Assembly: GCA_000092065.1 (NCBI GenBank)
Contig: CP000591.1
Direction: 5' to 3' (one strand)
Origin: Ostreococcus lucimarinus
Lineage: Eukaryota
DNA: 64,000 nucleotides
Part shown: positions 29,134-39,369 of the stretch, piece by piece
Numbering within the stretch: the stretch's first letter is position 1
How the letters are laid out: every line of letters begins with the position of its first letter
Position numbers and translations under genes: made by a program
Notes under the pieces: generated by a model
Seen by the model: the letters and a program-made list of their open reading frames with translations, nothing else
The model's database searches: none
Told to the model about the DNA's origin: nothing

Positions 29134-30792
29134 TCAAGGTCGATACCGCCCGCCGTTGTGTGCCTCCTTCGCTCGGCCTTCCAAAAAAAGACTGGTGGAA
29201 GTCAAAACGTTGTTAACCGTGGCGTACGTTTTCCTCCTGCGATTGCTGTCGACGCGCAAGGCGTTGTAAGATGGCTCCGGACGAGGCATGTCGTCATCAC
29301 TCGACGAAGCTTCAGATGCTGGAGACTGTAACGACGAGTGTGTTCGACGACGTAGCCTTCGCCGTGGGACGTTCTCTACGTCTAACATTCGATTATGCGA
29401 CATCGATGGCTCGACACCGTCGTGATCTGAATCACGGTATCGTGCTGAACACTGAGAGCGAGCGAATAGCACGCAAATGGCGAGCAAGACAACCAAACCG
29501 AGTGCAACAGAACCAGCGATACTTGGTGAAACGCCGAGCCACTTGCGAGCGCGCTTTACGATGTTTCCATCGCCAGAGTCCGTATCATTGAGAGGCGGCG
29601 TCGGCGGAGGCGGGGTTGGAGCCGCGGATGCGCACACACCGAACGCCATGAGTTTGCGTCCCGAAGCCGGTGGAAACGAAAACGGCGAAGCTTGATTTGG
29701 CGGCGGACTCGGCGGCGGACTCGGCGGCGGACTGGGTGGTGGACTGGGTGGCGGACTGGGCGGCGGACTGGGCGGCGGACTGGGCGGCGGACTCGGCGGC
29801 GGACTGGGCGGCGGACTGGGCGGCGGACTGGGTGGTGGACTGGGTGGCGGACTGGGCGGCGGACTGGGCGGCGGACTCGGCGGCGGACTCGGCGGAGGAT
29901 TTGGTGGCGGACTCGGCGGAGGATTTGGTGGCGGACTCGGCGGCGGACTCGGCGACGGACTCGGCGGTGGATTTGGTGGTGGACTCGGCGGTGCATTTGG
30001 TGGCGGACTCGGCGGTGGATTTGGTGGCGGACTCGGCGGTGGATTTGGTGGTGGACTCGGCGGTGAATTTGGTGGCGGACTCGGTGGCGGACTCGGCGGC
30101 GGACTCGGCGGCGGACTCGGCGGCGGATTCGGCGGCGGACTTGTTGGCGACGCCGAAGGCGTTGGTGGAAATTGCGGTAGTGGCGGATTTGGCGGCGGAT
30201 TTGGCGGCGGACTCGGCGGTGGATTTGGTGGTGGACTTGGCGGCGGACTCGGCGGCGGACTCGGCGGCGGACTCGGCGGTGGATTTGGTGGTGGACTCGG
30301 CGGTGGATTTGGTGGCGGACTCGGCGGTGGATTCGATGGTGGACTGGGCGGTGGATTTGGTGGCGGACTCGGCGGTGGATTTGGTGGTGGACTCGGCGGC
30401 GGTGGATTCGGCGGTGGATTTGGTGGCGACGCCGAAGGCGTTGGTGGAAATTGCGGTAGTGGCGGATTCGGCGGCGGACTTGGCGGTGGATTCGGCGGCG
30501 GACTGGGCGGCGGACTTGTCGGTGGACTCGGCGGCGGATTCGGCGGCGGATTCGGCGGTGGATTCGGCAGTGCCACCGCCGTAGGCGGCGGCGGCGCATT
30601 TGTAAGAACACCATCTGACGCACAAATTCCACTATCGCATTGATAGTCCGCAAAACACGGCGCTCCGGCTTCCAAAGCGCGCGCGCTGACGAATGAGAAG
30701 ACGTAAACCGTCGCGACGACGCCGAGACGAAGCCTCCATAAATTCCGCGCACTCCACCGCCGCGACCGTCGTCGACGATCGGCCCTTATCAT
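29134..30792 (-). CDS. proline-rich (SPPPNPPP)n extensin/HRGP-like type I membrane glycoprotein
   Basis: Signal-peptide-like LGVVATVYVFSFVSARA, a Cys-containing head (CFADYQCDSGICASDG), and about 300 aa of 8-aa SPPPNPPP repeats. A single TM (VALGLVVLLAICVLF) and a cytoplasmic tail complete it. First ATG at 30792. Confidence 0.65.
   Translation of the reverse strand: MIRADRRRRSRRWSARNLWRLRLGVVATVYVFSFVSARALEAGAPCFADYQCDSGICASDGVLTNAPPPPTAVALPNPPPNPPPNPPPSPPTSPPPSPPPNPPPSPPPNPPLPQFPPTPSASPPNPPPNPPPPSPPPNPPPSPPPNPPPSPPSNPPPSPPPNPPPSPPPNPPPSPPPSPPPSPPPSPPPNPPPSPPPNPPPNPPLPQFPPTPSASPTSPPPNPPPSPPPSPPPSPPPSPPPNSPPSPPPNPPPSPPPNPPPSPPPNAPPSPPPNPPPSPSPSPPPSPPPNPPPSPPPNPPPSPPPSPPPSPPPSPPPSPPPSPPPSPPPSPPPSPPPSPPPSPPPSPPPSPPPSPPPSPPPSPPPNQASPFSFPPASGRKLMAFGVCASAAPTPPPPTPPLNDTDSGDGNIVKRARKWLGVSPSIAGSVALGLVVLLAICVLFARSQCSARYRDSDHDGVEPSMSHNRMLDVENVPRRRLRRRTHSSLQSPASEASSSDDDMPRPEPSYNALRVDSNRRRKTYATVNNVLTSTSLFLEGRAKEAHNGGRYRP
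29690..30585. repeat. about 900-bp coding minisatellite of 24-bp period (ggcggcggactcggcggcggactggg-like units)
   Basis: The periodicity is directly visible. All six frames stay open across it, and the track shows three alternative long ORFs. Confidence 0.9.
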
Positions 30793-31134
30793 CAATAAAT
30801 ATACCGACGACTCCAACGCGCGCGCGCGCGCTCGAGCGAGGTGTGTCGTCCGATCAACCGTCCCCGAGCCGACGCCGCTATTTATATCGCCGCGCGCCGC
30901 CTAACATCGTCGCGCGCGATACCTCCCAGGACGTCATCTCGCGCGTCGACGCCCGTCACCGCGCGCGACGCTCGCGGGGTAATTTTAATCGCGCGCACCG
31001 CGCCGTCGACCGACGCGCGCGCGGTCGCGCGCGTCCGATCGTTCGATCGTCCAACCGTCCGACGCTCCGCGCCAACCAACTCACTTCCAACTTCACTTCC
31101 AACTTCACTTCCCGCGCCGCGCGCGCACCGCGGG

Positions 31135-31185
31135 ATGAAGATCACCAGCCGCGCGTTCGAGAAGAACGCCAAGGGTTGGATAAAG
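31135..31185 (+). CDS. PELO: Pelota/Dom34 exon 1 (MKITSRAFEKNAKGWIK)
   Basis: The Pelota N-terminus is split from the main ORF. ATG at 31135. GT donor at 31186 (aag|gtgcgc). Confidence 0.7.
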
Positions 31186-31317
31186 GTGCGCGCGCGAAGC
31201 CGTCATCGCGCGCGTCCGCGCGACGCAATGGCGCCGTCCCGATCGTCTCGCGCGTCGCGCCGCGCCCGCGCGGGACGAGACGAAGACGAAGACTGACGCC
31301 CCGCGACGCGCGCGCAG
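31186..31317 (+). other. spliceosomal intron, 132 nt, phase 0, CTGAC branch-like motif 21 nt before the AG
   Basis: gtgcgcgcg...gactgacgccccgcgacgcgcgcgcag|ttcgtcccc. It restores the conserved Pelota sequence ...WIK|FVPESADDVWHAYNLI. Confidence 0.65.
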
Positions 31318-32418
31318 TTCGTCCCCGAGAGCGCGGACGACGTGTGGCACGCGTATAATTTGATCGCCGTCGACGACGAGGTCGAGTGCGCGACGATGCG
31401 GAAGCTGAAGAACGAGCACGCGGGCGAGCTGAGGGAGTCGTCGAGCAAGGTGGTGAAGCTGACGCTGCGCGTGCGCTGCGAAGACGTGGAATACGACGCG
31501 GAAGGCGCGACGATCAGGGTCAAGGGACAGAATAAAACGGAATGCGAAGAGGTGAAACTGAACGCGTATCACACGCTGGAGATAGGGATCGGGCGGGCGG
31601 TGAAGATTGAAAAGACGGCGTGGGATAGCGTGGACGTCGGGCGGTTAGAGGAGGCGGCGGATCCGTCGGCGACGGCGGATCTGGCCGCCGTGCTCATCGT
31701 CGATGGCTTAGCGAACGTAGTTTTAGTCGGAGCGACGCAGACGATCGTGAAAGGGAAGATCGAGGCGTCGATGCCTCGAAAGCGAGGGATGGCTTTGATG
31801 GGATACGAAAAGGCGGAGACGAAATTTTTTAGCAACGTCGCGAGCGTCGTCGAGAGACACGTAGATTTCGACAGGGTGAAGTGTTTGGTGATCGCGGGAC
31901 CGGGATTCACGAAAGATACGTTCACGGACTTTTTGAAGCTCGAAGCCGTGCGGAAGAACTGGAAGACGCTTCAAACAAATTTCAGTCGCGTCATCAAGGC
32001 GCACGCGTCGAGCGCGTACGTGCACTCACTGAGTGAAGTCTTGGAGAACCCCACGGTTCGAGCTTTGATTTCCGATACCAAAGCGGCGAGCGAAGTGAAA
32101 GCGCTCGATGACTTCTTCGAAATGCTCGCTAATGATCCCGCGCGCGCGTTTTACGGTCCCGCGCACGTCATGGCGGCGCACGAGCTGAACGCCATCGACA
32201 AGCTTTTGATCACGGATACGGTGTTTCGAACGCGCAACGTCGCGCAACGAAAAATGTGGGTGCGCGTCACCGAAGAAGTCACGAAATCTGGTGGAATCGT
32301 GCACATTTTTTCATCCGCGCACGCGAGCGGGGAGCAGCTCGAGCAAATCACGGGCGCGGCGGCGATTTTGCGATTTCCACTACCCGACCTCGCCGACGCC
32401 GAGTTGCCGGCGCTCTAG
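31318..32418 (+). CDS. PELO: Pelota/Dom34 exon 2 (mRNA surveillance/no-go decay factor)
   Basis: WHAYNLIAVDDEV..., a central domain, and a C-terminal eRF1-like domain. Same frame as track ORF 31342..32418. Confidence 0.85.
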   Translation, partial: FVPESADDVWHAYNLIAVDDEVECATMRKLKNEHAGELRESSSKVVKLTLRVRCEDVEYDAEGATIRVKGQNKTECEEVKLNAYHTLEIGIGRAVKIEKTAWDSVDVGRLEEAADPSATADLAAVLIVDGLANVVLVGATQTIVKGKIEASMPRKRGMALMGYEKAETKFFSNVASVVERHVDFDRVKCLVIAGPGFTKDTFTDFLKLEAVRKNWKTLQTNFSRVIKAHASSAYVHSLSEVLENPTVRALISDTKAASEVKALDDFFEMLANDPARAFYGPAHVMAAHELNAIDKLLITDTVFRTRNVAQRKMWVRVTEEVTKSGGIVHIFSSAHASGEQLEQITGAAAILRFPLPDLADAELPAL

Positions 32419-32488
32419 TCTTTTAGTGAACAACGTAGCGGTCATCATTCATAAACAATTCTTTCGTCGCTAAATTTTACGAGACGAT

Positions 32489-33298
32489 CTAAAACAACAA
32501 ATCTTCGTCGTGCTCGCTTTCGATCAAATTCCCTCCCGCCCCGCGTCCGCCCTCACCTCCGATGACGTCCCCGAACGCCCGCAACTCCGCATCCACGGCT
32601 TGCGTGATCCGTTTCTCTTCCTCCGCCTCCATCATCTCCGTCTCCTCGATGTCTTTCTTCTTCTTCGCCTGCACCTTTTTCAACCTAAAGAACTCCTCCC
32701 GCTCGAGTTCGTCCAACTCGCTCAAGATGTACTTCACCGTGTTCTGCAATCTCGGCGTCACGTAATTCTCCAACGCGTTCACCCGTCGATTCGTCGTCTT
32801 TATCGCCTCGTCCAGCGTCACGAACGCCGTCTGCAAGCTCGCTAATTCGCTCAACAATCCAATCGCCTCGCCGTACGACGCCTTCGCCTCTCGCACGCGC
32901 GCCCCCCCCCGCGCCAATCCCGTCAGCTCCATCCTCCGTTCGTCCGCCCCGCACTTCCTGCACGTAAACTTCGGTATCTTCACTCCCGCCACGTTATCCT
33001 CGTGCGCCATCACTCGCACGTTCGCCCGGTCCACGCCGTCCAGCACCGCGTGCTTCACCGCGTCCCCCCCCGCGTACTTCGCCCGCGTCCACGCGAAGTG
33101 CGCGTCCCGCATCGACGTCGCCAGCTTACGCTTCGCCTCGACGATGTCGCGCAGGATGCCGCGATACCGCAGCGTCAGCGCGTCCGCCTTCTTCTTCAGC
33201 AATCGATGCCCGCGCTGCGCGCCCGCGAGCCGAGATTTGATCACCGCGAGCGTCGTCACCGTCGGCGTCACGTTCAATCGCGCGCCCGCGCTCGACAT
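32489..33298 (-). CDS. VATD: V-type H+-ATPase subunit D
   Basis: MSSAGARLNVTPTVTTLAVIKSRLAGAQRGHRLLKKKADALTLRYRGIL closely parallels the eukaryotic V1 subunit D N-terminus. First ATG at 33298. Confidence 0.85.
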   Translation of the reverse strand: MSSAGARLNVTPTVTTLAVIKSRLAGAQRGHRLLKKKADALTLRYRGILRDIVEAKRKLATSMRDAHFAWTRAKYAGGDAVKHAVLDGVDRANVRVMAHEDNVAGVKIPKFTCRKCGADERRMELTGLARGGARVREAKASYGEAIGLLSELASLQTAFVTLDEAIKTTNRRVNALENYVTPRLQNTVKYILSELDELEREEFFRLKKVQAKKKKDIEETEMMEAEEEKRITQAVDAELRAFGDVIGGEGGRGAGGNLIESEHDEDLLF

Positions 33299-33402
33299 GA
33301 CGGCGATTGAATGATCCGCGCGTCGGGTCGCGGCGTTCCTATCGCGTCGGCGCGCGATGTGCGGCGTCACATCGCGCGCCGCATCCATCCATCCATCGCG
33401 CG

Positions 33403-34578
33403 ATGCGCGCGCGCGGCGTCGCGCGCGTCGCGTCGGGACGTCCATCGACGCGCGCGAGGCGCGTCGTCCATCGACGTCGCGCGCGCGCGTCGATGGACGA
33501 CGCGCGAGGCGCGAAGCGGGCGTCGCCGACGCGCGAGACGACGACGATGGCGAATCTGGACTCGGCGCTGGGGACGCGCGCGCGCGACGGCGACGGCGCG
33601 GCGACGCGCGAAGCGCGATCGACGCGCGACGAGGCGTCGGACGACGCGACGCGCGGGCGCGCGGATCCGCTGGCGGCGTACGACGCGGATCGGGATTGGC
33701 TCGGCGCGGGGCCGCGATGGGACGTCCCGCACGGCGGCGCGCGCTTCGCGGCGACGATGCTCGCCGTGGACGCGAGCTTCTACGCGGCGGGGTGCTTGGC
33801 GCCGATGGTTGAGCACGCGGCGAGGGCGAGTCGGGAAGGGCGGGACGCGCCCGAGAGCGCGGAGGCGCTGGCGGAGGATTTGCGACGCGCGTTCGACGAC
33901 CCGAGCGCGTTCGCGGATATTCTACTAGACGCGGAGATTATTCAAATCGCGCTCGGCGCGGGGATTTTGGCGCTGAGCGTGAAGAAGTTCGCGCCGCTGC
34001 CGTTGGGGTGGTTTAACGATGCGTTCTCGTCGAGTGATGCGGCGGTCAACGCGACGGGTCGCGACGCGTCGAAGTGGAAGCGAGACGCCGCGGCCAAGGC
34101 GCAAAACGAACGCGCGAGCGCGAGCGCGAGCGAGGCGGGAAGGGCGATTTTAGGCACGTTTTTAGGCGTCGCGCTCGTGACGTGGGTTTTGTACGCCGCG
34201 GGATTACGCGGAGGCGATGGGAATGGGTCGTCTAGCGTAGACGTCATCGAAAAGGCGTTCGCGGCGGGCCCTCACGGAATCGCGAATCTCGTCGTCACGA
34301 CGGTGATTTTGGCGCCGATTTTTGAGGAGACCGTGTTTCGCGGGTACATGTTGCCGTCGCTCACGAAATTTATGGACACCACCCCAGCCATCGGGGTGTC
34401 GGCGCTGATTTTCGCGTTGATTCACCAGCACGGCGTCGGCGACACGGTGCAACTCGTCGCCGTTGGGTTGGCGACGGGCATCGTGTACGCGAGGACGAGA
34501 AACTTGGCAGCATCCATCGCGGTGCACGCGGCGTTCAACGCGAGCGTCATCGCGTTGTTCGCTTTGTGGGTAAGTTGA
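33403..34578 (+). CDS. CPBP (CAAX protease/Abi) family intramembrane metalloprotease
   Basis: EETVFRGY (EExxxR), FALIHQ (FxxxH) and HAAFNASV (HxxxN). The start is ambiguous, with candidate ATGs at 33403, 33493 and 33544. Confidence 0.65.
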   Translation: MRARGVARVASGRPSTRARRVVHRRRARASMDDARGAKRASPTRETTTMANLDSALGTRARDGDGAATREARSTRDEASDDATRGRADPLAAYDADRDWLGAGPRWDVPHGGARFAATMLAVDASFYAAGCLAPMVEHAARASREGRDAPESAEALAEDLRRAFDDPSAFADILLDAEIIQIALGAGILALSVKKFAPLPLGWFNDAFSSSDAAVNATGRDASKWKRDAAAKAQNERASASASEAGRAILGTFLGVALVTWVLYAAGLRGGDGNGSSSVDVIEKAFAAGPHGIANLVVTTVILAPIFEETVFRGYMLPSLTKFMDTTPAIGVSALIFALIHQHGVGDTVQLVAVGLATGIVYARTRNLAASIAVHAAFNASVIALFALWVS

Positions 34579-34616
34579 GCGAGTAACGCAGCAACTAGTA
34601 TATTTTATTCAATTGA

Positions 34617-35762
34617 TTACGCGCTAGAAAGAAATTCATCCGCGTCCAACGCTCGGCGCACGCTAAATCGCTCGTTCGGATCGACGGCGGCTAATCTCGT
34701 GATCGTCGCCCACGCGCCCAATTCATCCAATAATGTGAAATCATTCACCCCTGGCACGCACACCTCGCGACGCCAAAGGTCTAAATCTCCCCCGCACGCG
34801 TCAATATCCTTTCGCGCGCGCACGATGGCGCTTTCCCCGCGAAGAGACGGCACGCCGCATCTGAGGAGCGTGACGCCGAGCGAGTACGCATCGAGCAACA
34901 CCGTCGGTGGCTCTCCACTCGGCTCGAGCGTAAAACCATTCGCGGAACTCGCTTCGGCGTTTTTCTTCCTCCCGAACAACCCACCGATGCTCGGAAATCC
35001 ACCGAGCGGCGGCGAACTCGCCACTTTACGAAACTGCTCCGGAGCGCCGTACGTCGGATCAAATATCGCCTCCGCGCCGTCCATATTCCGACCCGTCTGC
35101 ACGTCCGCGCACGCCCCCACGTCGCACAACAACGTCCGCTTTCGTGCGTCGGATAAAATGACATTCGCCGGTTTCACATCCCTGTGTATCATATCGAACG
35201 CGTGCACCGACGCCACGGCTCGCGCGAGCGTCGACGCGAGAAATCGAAACGCCGCCGCGTCGTCGCTCAAATCCCCAAACGTCTCCCTCGCCAGCGCCAG
35301 CCCATCGCCGCGCGCGAGAACGTCCTCTAAAGTCACTCGTCCGACGTCTTCCCACACGAGCCACTGTCCGACGCCGGCGGCGCCCATGAAGGGCGCGACG
35401 CCGTCGCAGTCGCGCAGCGCTCGCGCGCTCTCGAGCTCGTCCGCGTAAAAGCTTTCCACGTCCCGGCCTCGCACGTCCACGCGATACCGCTTGGCGACGA
35501 CGTTCGCAGAATCCTCGTACGTGCCGCGGAAGCACTCGGAGAAGGCGCCGCGACCGACGACGGCGCGCTCGTCGATGCGAAGTTTCGCGAGCGTGAGCTC
35601 CGGGACAGCCGATGTCCCGGAGGTGAAATCCGCGCCGTCTTGCTCGTAAAACGAGCGCCGTCGGCCGAGCGCCGTTCGAGATCGCGCGCGCGCGCGTTGC
35701 GACGCCGTGCGCGCGCGTGCGAGGGCGCGCGCGGGCGCGGGCGTCGATGGACGCGCGCGCAT
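34617..35762 (-). CDS. serine/threonine protein kinase
   Basis: VVGRGAFSECF (Gly loop), VAKRY (VAIK-like), HRDVKPANVIL (catalytic loop), DVGAC (DFG-like), YGAPEQF (APE). ATG at 35762. Confidence 0.75.
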   Translation of the reverse strand: MRARPSTPAPARALARARTASQRARARSRTALGRRRSFYEQDGADFTSGTSAVPELTLAKLRIDERAVVGRGAFSECFRGTYEDSANVVAKRYRVDVRGRDVESFYADELESARALRDCDGVAPFMGAAGVGQWLVWEDVGRVTLEDVLARGDGLALARETFGDLSDDAAAFRFLASTLARAVASVHAFDMIHRDVKPANVILSDARKRTLLCDVGACADVQTGRNMDGAEAIFDPTYGAPEQFRKVASSPPLGGFPSIGGLFGRKKNAEASSANGFTLEPSGEPPTVLLDAYSLGVTLLRCGVPSLRGESAIVRARKDIDACGGDLDLWRREVCVPGVNDFTLLDELGAWATITRLAAVDPNERFSVRRALDADEFLSSA

Positions 35763-35842
35763 GGCGTCGCGTTGTGCGGACGAGCGCGCGAGCCGAGTAC
35801 GATTTCGATCGAGTCAACGCGCTCGCACGAGTTACATGACGC

Positions 35843-36781
35843 CTACACCGAGTCGAAGAGTTTTTGCCACTTCTGCACGTCGTCCTGCGGGCCGTCGCCG
35901 CCCTCGGTGCTTCCGAGCTCGTACGCTCGACCGGCGGCGCTCGCGCACACGAGCGCCGCGCACGCGGCTTCGGCGACGACGAGCCTGGACGTCGCTTCGG
36001 GCAGCAGCTTGTCGTCGCCACCGCCGATCTGCACGTCACGACGCGCGCCAGACGTCGCCTTGAGCAGGGTGTTTAAATCGTACGACGTGTACGGGCCGTC
36101 GGTGAGTCGACCGGGGCGTAAAATCGTATACGGCAACCCGGAATTCTCCACGCACTCCTCACCCTTCCTCTTCCACTTCAGCACCCCGAACGCGTTCAAG
36201 ACGACGAACGGCATCACGTTCGTTCTCAAAACGCCCACGCTGGACACGAAGACGAATCGCTTCAAATTCGGCGCTAATTTCTTCGTCGCCTCGACGACGT
36301 TTCGCGCGCCGACGTAATCCGTCGCCTCCGGCCCGTTCGTAAACTTCCCATCCTCATCCCGCCATCGCGCGCTCGGAAACGCCGTCGTCCCGAGACAACA
36401 CACCACCGCCTCGACGTCGCCGTCGAACGCGCCCGACGCCTCGATCGAACGCGCGTCTCGACAATCGACGCCGCCGACGCTTCGCGGCCCCGTCGTCGTC
36501 GTCTCCTCCGTCCCGCGCCCTCTCGACACCGCCACGACGTCGTACCCGCGCGCGTGCAGTTTCGCGCAGATCACCTGTCCGACCCCACCGCGCGCGCCGA
36601 CGACGACGACGCGCGCCCCGCGCCCTATCGTCGTCGTCGTCGTCGTCGTCCCGTTCCCATTCGCATTCGCATTCGCGCCGCCGCGTCGTCGCCCTCGCGC
36701 GTCGCGTCGTCGCCGACGGTCCACCGCCCCGCGCGACCGCACCGCGACGACCGCCGCGTCTCTCGCGCGCGCCGTCGACAT
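35843..36781 (-). CDS. NAD(P)-binding Rossmann-fold protein, NmrA/atypical SDR-like (Tic62/HCF244-like)
   Basis: VVVVGARGGVGQVICAKLHARGYDVVAVSR (GxxGxxG). First ATG at 36781 with a transit-peptide-like N-terminus. Confidence 0.65.
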   Translation of the reverse strand: MSTARARDAAVVAVRSRGAVDRRRRRDARGRRRGGANANANGNGTTTTTTTIGRGARVVVVGARGGVGQVICAKLHARGYDVVAVSRGRGTEETTTTGPRSVGGVDCRDARSIEASGAFDGDVEAVVCCLGTTAFPSARWRDEDGKFTNGPEATDYVGARNVVEATKKLAPNLKRFVFVSSVGVLRTNVMPFVVLNAFGVLKWKRKGEECVENSGLPYTILRPGRLTDGPYTSYDLNTLLKATSGARRDVQIGGGDDKLLPEATSRLVVAEAACAALVCASAAGRAYELGSTEGGDGPQDDVQKWQKLFDSV

Positions 36782-37386
36782 CGCGCGTCGCGTCGTCGCC
36801 TGGCGCCGCGACCGTCGACGCGATGCCCCTGAACCCTCGATAAATCTCTCCCGTGTGCACAAACACTACGAACAGTACTAAAACGCACGTCAATCATTAC
36901 ATAGCGATAAAGGACATAGAATGCGCGTAAACGAACGGCCGAGCGCGACCGACGCGCGCGCCACATCGCGCCCGACCATGCGCGCGGCGCTCGTCGCGAG
37001 CGGTGGAGGTGCGCGACGCGACGCGACGCGCGCGACGCGCGCGAAACCAAACGCGACGCGACGCGCGCGCGCCTCGAACGCGCGATGGACGACGCGCGAA
37101 ACGCGAAAACGATGGCGTCTCGAGACGAACGATCGACGGATCGACTGACGACGACGACGACGACGACGACGATAGGAATCGCGCGCGTGAGTCGCGAACG
37201 AAAGACGCGAAGCGGACGCGTTAAGGATAGACTCGCGATGCGAGCGACGCCGGCGAGCGCGCAGGCGGCGGCGACGGCGGTGAAGGTGCGACGACGACGA
37301 CGAGACGCGGCGACGCGAGACGAGCGGACGACGCGCGCGGACGACGAGACGCGGAGACTGACGAAGGCGCGACGCGATGGACGCGG

Positions 37387-39159
37387 ATGGGGACGCAGGG
37401 CGGCACGGCGCTGATAAGCACGACGGCGGAGTGGCGAGCGCTGAAGGAACACTTCGCGAATGAGATCGATAAGACGCACCTGAGAGATTTGATCGCGGAC
37501 GCGAAGCGATGCGAGGAGCTCGTGATTGAGAGCGACGGGGTGTACTGCGACTTTGCGAGACAGCGAGTGACGCACGATACGATGACGAAGTTGTACGATC
37601 TCGCGCGCGCGGCGGGGGTGAAGGAGAAGATCAATGCGATGTTTAATGGGGAGGCGATCAACTCCACGGAGAACCGGGCGGTTTTGCACGTCGCGACGCG
37701 GGCGCCGAAGGATAAGGTGATCAACGTCGACGGGAAAAACGTGGTGCCGGACGTGCACGACGTCTTGGATAAGATTAAGGACTTTTCTGAGCGCGTGCGC
37801 AACGGGGAATGGGTCGGGGAAACGGGTAAGCCGTTGAAGGATGTCGTGGCGATCGGGATTGGTGGATCTTTCCTCGGCCCGCTCTTCGTGCACACGTCGT
37901 TGCGCACGAACCCGGAAGCCGCCGACGAGGCGCGAGGGCGTCAGCTTCGGTTTTTGGCCAACGTCGACCCGGTCGACGTCGCTCGCTCGTTAAACGGTTT
38001 GGATCCGGAAACGACGCTCGTGATCGTGGTTTCGAAGACGTTCACCACGGCGGAGACTATGTTGAACGCGCGCACCGTGCGCGCGTGGATTCGCGCGTCC
38101 CTCGGCGAAGCCGCGGTGTCAAAGCACATGGTGGCCATTTCGACCAACTTGAAGCTCGTTGAAGAGTTTGGCATCGACCCTGATAACGCTTTCGCCTTCT
38201 GGGATTGGGTTGGCGGGCGATACTCCGTGTGCAGCGCCGTGGGGATGTTGCCGCTTTCGCTCCAGTACGGCTACGACACGATGGAGCAATTCTTGAAGGG
38301 CGCGTGGTCGATGGATCAACACTTTGCCAACGCGCCGTTCGAGAAGAACTTACCGCTGACGCTCGGTATGTTGTCCGTGTGGAACGTCAGCTTCCTGGAT
38401 TGTCCGGCTCGCGCCATTTTGCCGTACACGCAAGCGCTCGCCAAGCTCGCGCCGCACATTCAGCAAGTCGCGATGGAATCCAACGGTAAGGGCGTCGCCA
38501 TCGACGGCACCCCGCTCGATTACGAAACCGGTGAGATTGATTTCGGTGAGCCCGGTACGAATGGTCAGCACTCCTTCTACCAGCTCATTCATCAAGGTCG
38601 CACGATTCCGTGCGATTTCATCGGCATCATCAAATCGCAGCAAAGCGTGTACTTGAAGGGTGAAATCGTCTCCAACCACGACGAGTTGATGTGCAACTTC
38701 TTCGCCCAAGCCGACGCGCTCGCGGTTGGGAAATCCGCCATCGAGCTTCGTGCGGAATCTTGCCCGGATGCGTTGATCCCGCATAAGACTTTCACCGGTA
38801 ACCGTCCGTCGTTATCCATTTTGCTCCCCGAGCTCAACGCGTACACCACCGGTCAGCTCTTGTCGCTCTACGAGCACCGCGTCGCGACGCAAGGCTTCGT
38901 CTGGGGCTTGAACTCGTTCGATCAATGGGGCGTCGAGCTCGGCAAGGTGCTCGCCTCCCGCGTGCGCACGTCCATGAACAGCAAGCGCACCAAGGGTGAA
39001 ATCATGACCCCCGGCGACGGCTTCAACCCGTCCACCACCGCCCTGTTGAACCGCTACCTCGCGGGCAAGGCGAAGCTCATCTATCCGGAGCCCAAGGACG
39101 TGTTCCCGTGCGATTTGATCGACGGCGACGAGTGCCGTCCGCCCACGTCGTACGTATGA
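37387..39159 (+). CDS. PGI: glucose-6-phosphate isomerase (cytosolic type)
   Basis: [31 protein letters not shown] and [21 protein letters not shown] at 37387. Confidence 0.9.
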   Translation: MGTQGGTALISTTAEWRALKEHFANEIDKTHLRDLIADAKRCEELVIESDGVYCDFARQRVTHDTMTKLYDLARAAGVKEKINAMFNGEAINSTENRAVLHVATRAPKDKVINVDGKNVVPDVHDVLDKIKDFSERVRNGEWVGETGKPLKDVVAIGIGGSFLGPLFVHTSLRTNPEAADEARGRQLRFLANVDPVDVARSLNGLDPETTLVIVVSKTFTTAETMLNARTVRAWIRASLGEAAVSKHMVAISTNLKLVEEFGIDPDNAFAFWDWVGGRYSVCSAVGMLPLSLQYGYDTMEQFLKGAWSMDQHFANAPFEKNLPLTLGMLSVWNVSFLDCPARAILPYTQALAKLAPHIQQVAMESNGKGVAIDGTPLDYETGEIDFGEPGTNGQHSFYQLIHQGRTIPCDFIGIIKSQQSVYLKGEIVSNHDELMCNFFAQADALAVGKSAIELRAESCPDALIPHKTFTGNRPSLSILLPELNAYTTGQLLSLYEHRVATQGFVWGLNSFDQWGVELGKVLASRVRTSMNSKRTKGEIMTPGDGFNPSTTALLNRYLAGKAKLIYPEPKDVFPCDLIDGDECRPPTSYV

Positions 39160-39369
39160 TCGCGCTCGACCGCGGCGTACATGTAACAAGCACACTAAAT
39201 TCGCGAGCGCCTTCCCCCTCGCGCGCGTCGCGCCTCGCCTCGCCGGCTGACGCGGACGCGTCGACGCATCGCGACGCGATCACATCGTCGCGCCGCGCGC
39301 GTCAGCCGGCGAGCGTCGACGCTCCGAGCGCGCGAAAGAGCGCGACGAACCGTTCGCGTCGCGCGCGCG

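Noticed and set aside
29556-30752. Alternative long ORFs across the Pro-rich repeat (29556..30752, 29585..30625, 29670..30584, 29692..30066)
   Set aside because: They arise only because the 24-bp repeat is open in all frames. Only the SPPPNPPP frame has a signal peptide, a TM segment and a coherent tail.
30841-31296. 151-aa plus ORF upstream of Pelota
   Set aside because: Only its 17 codons MKITSRAFEKNAKGWIK are real (Pelota exon 1). The rest is intron read-through.
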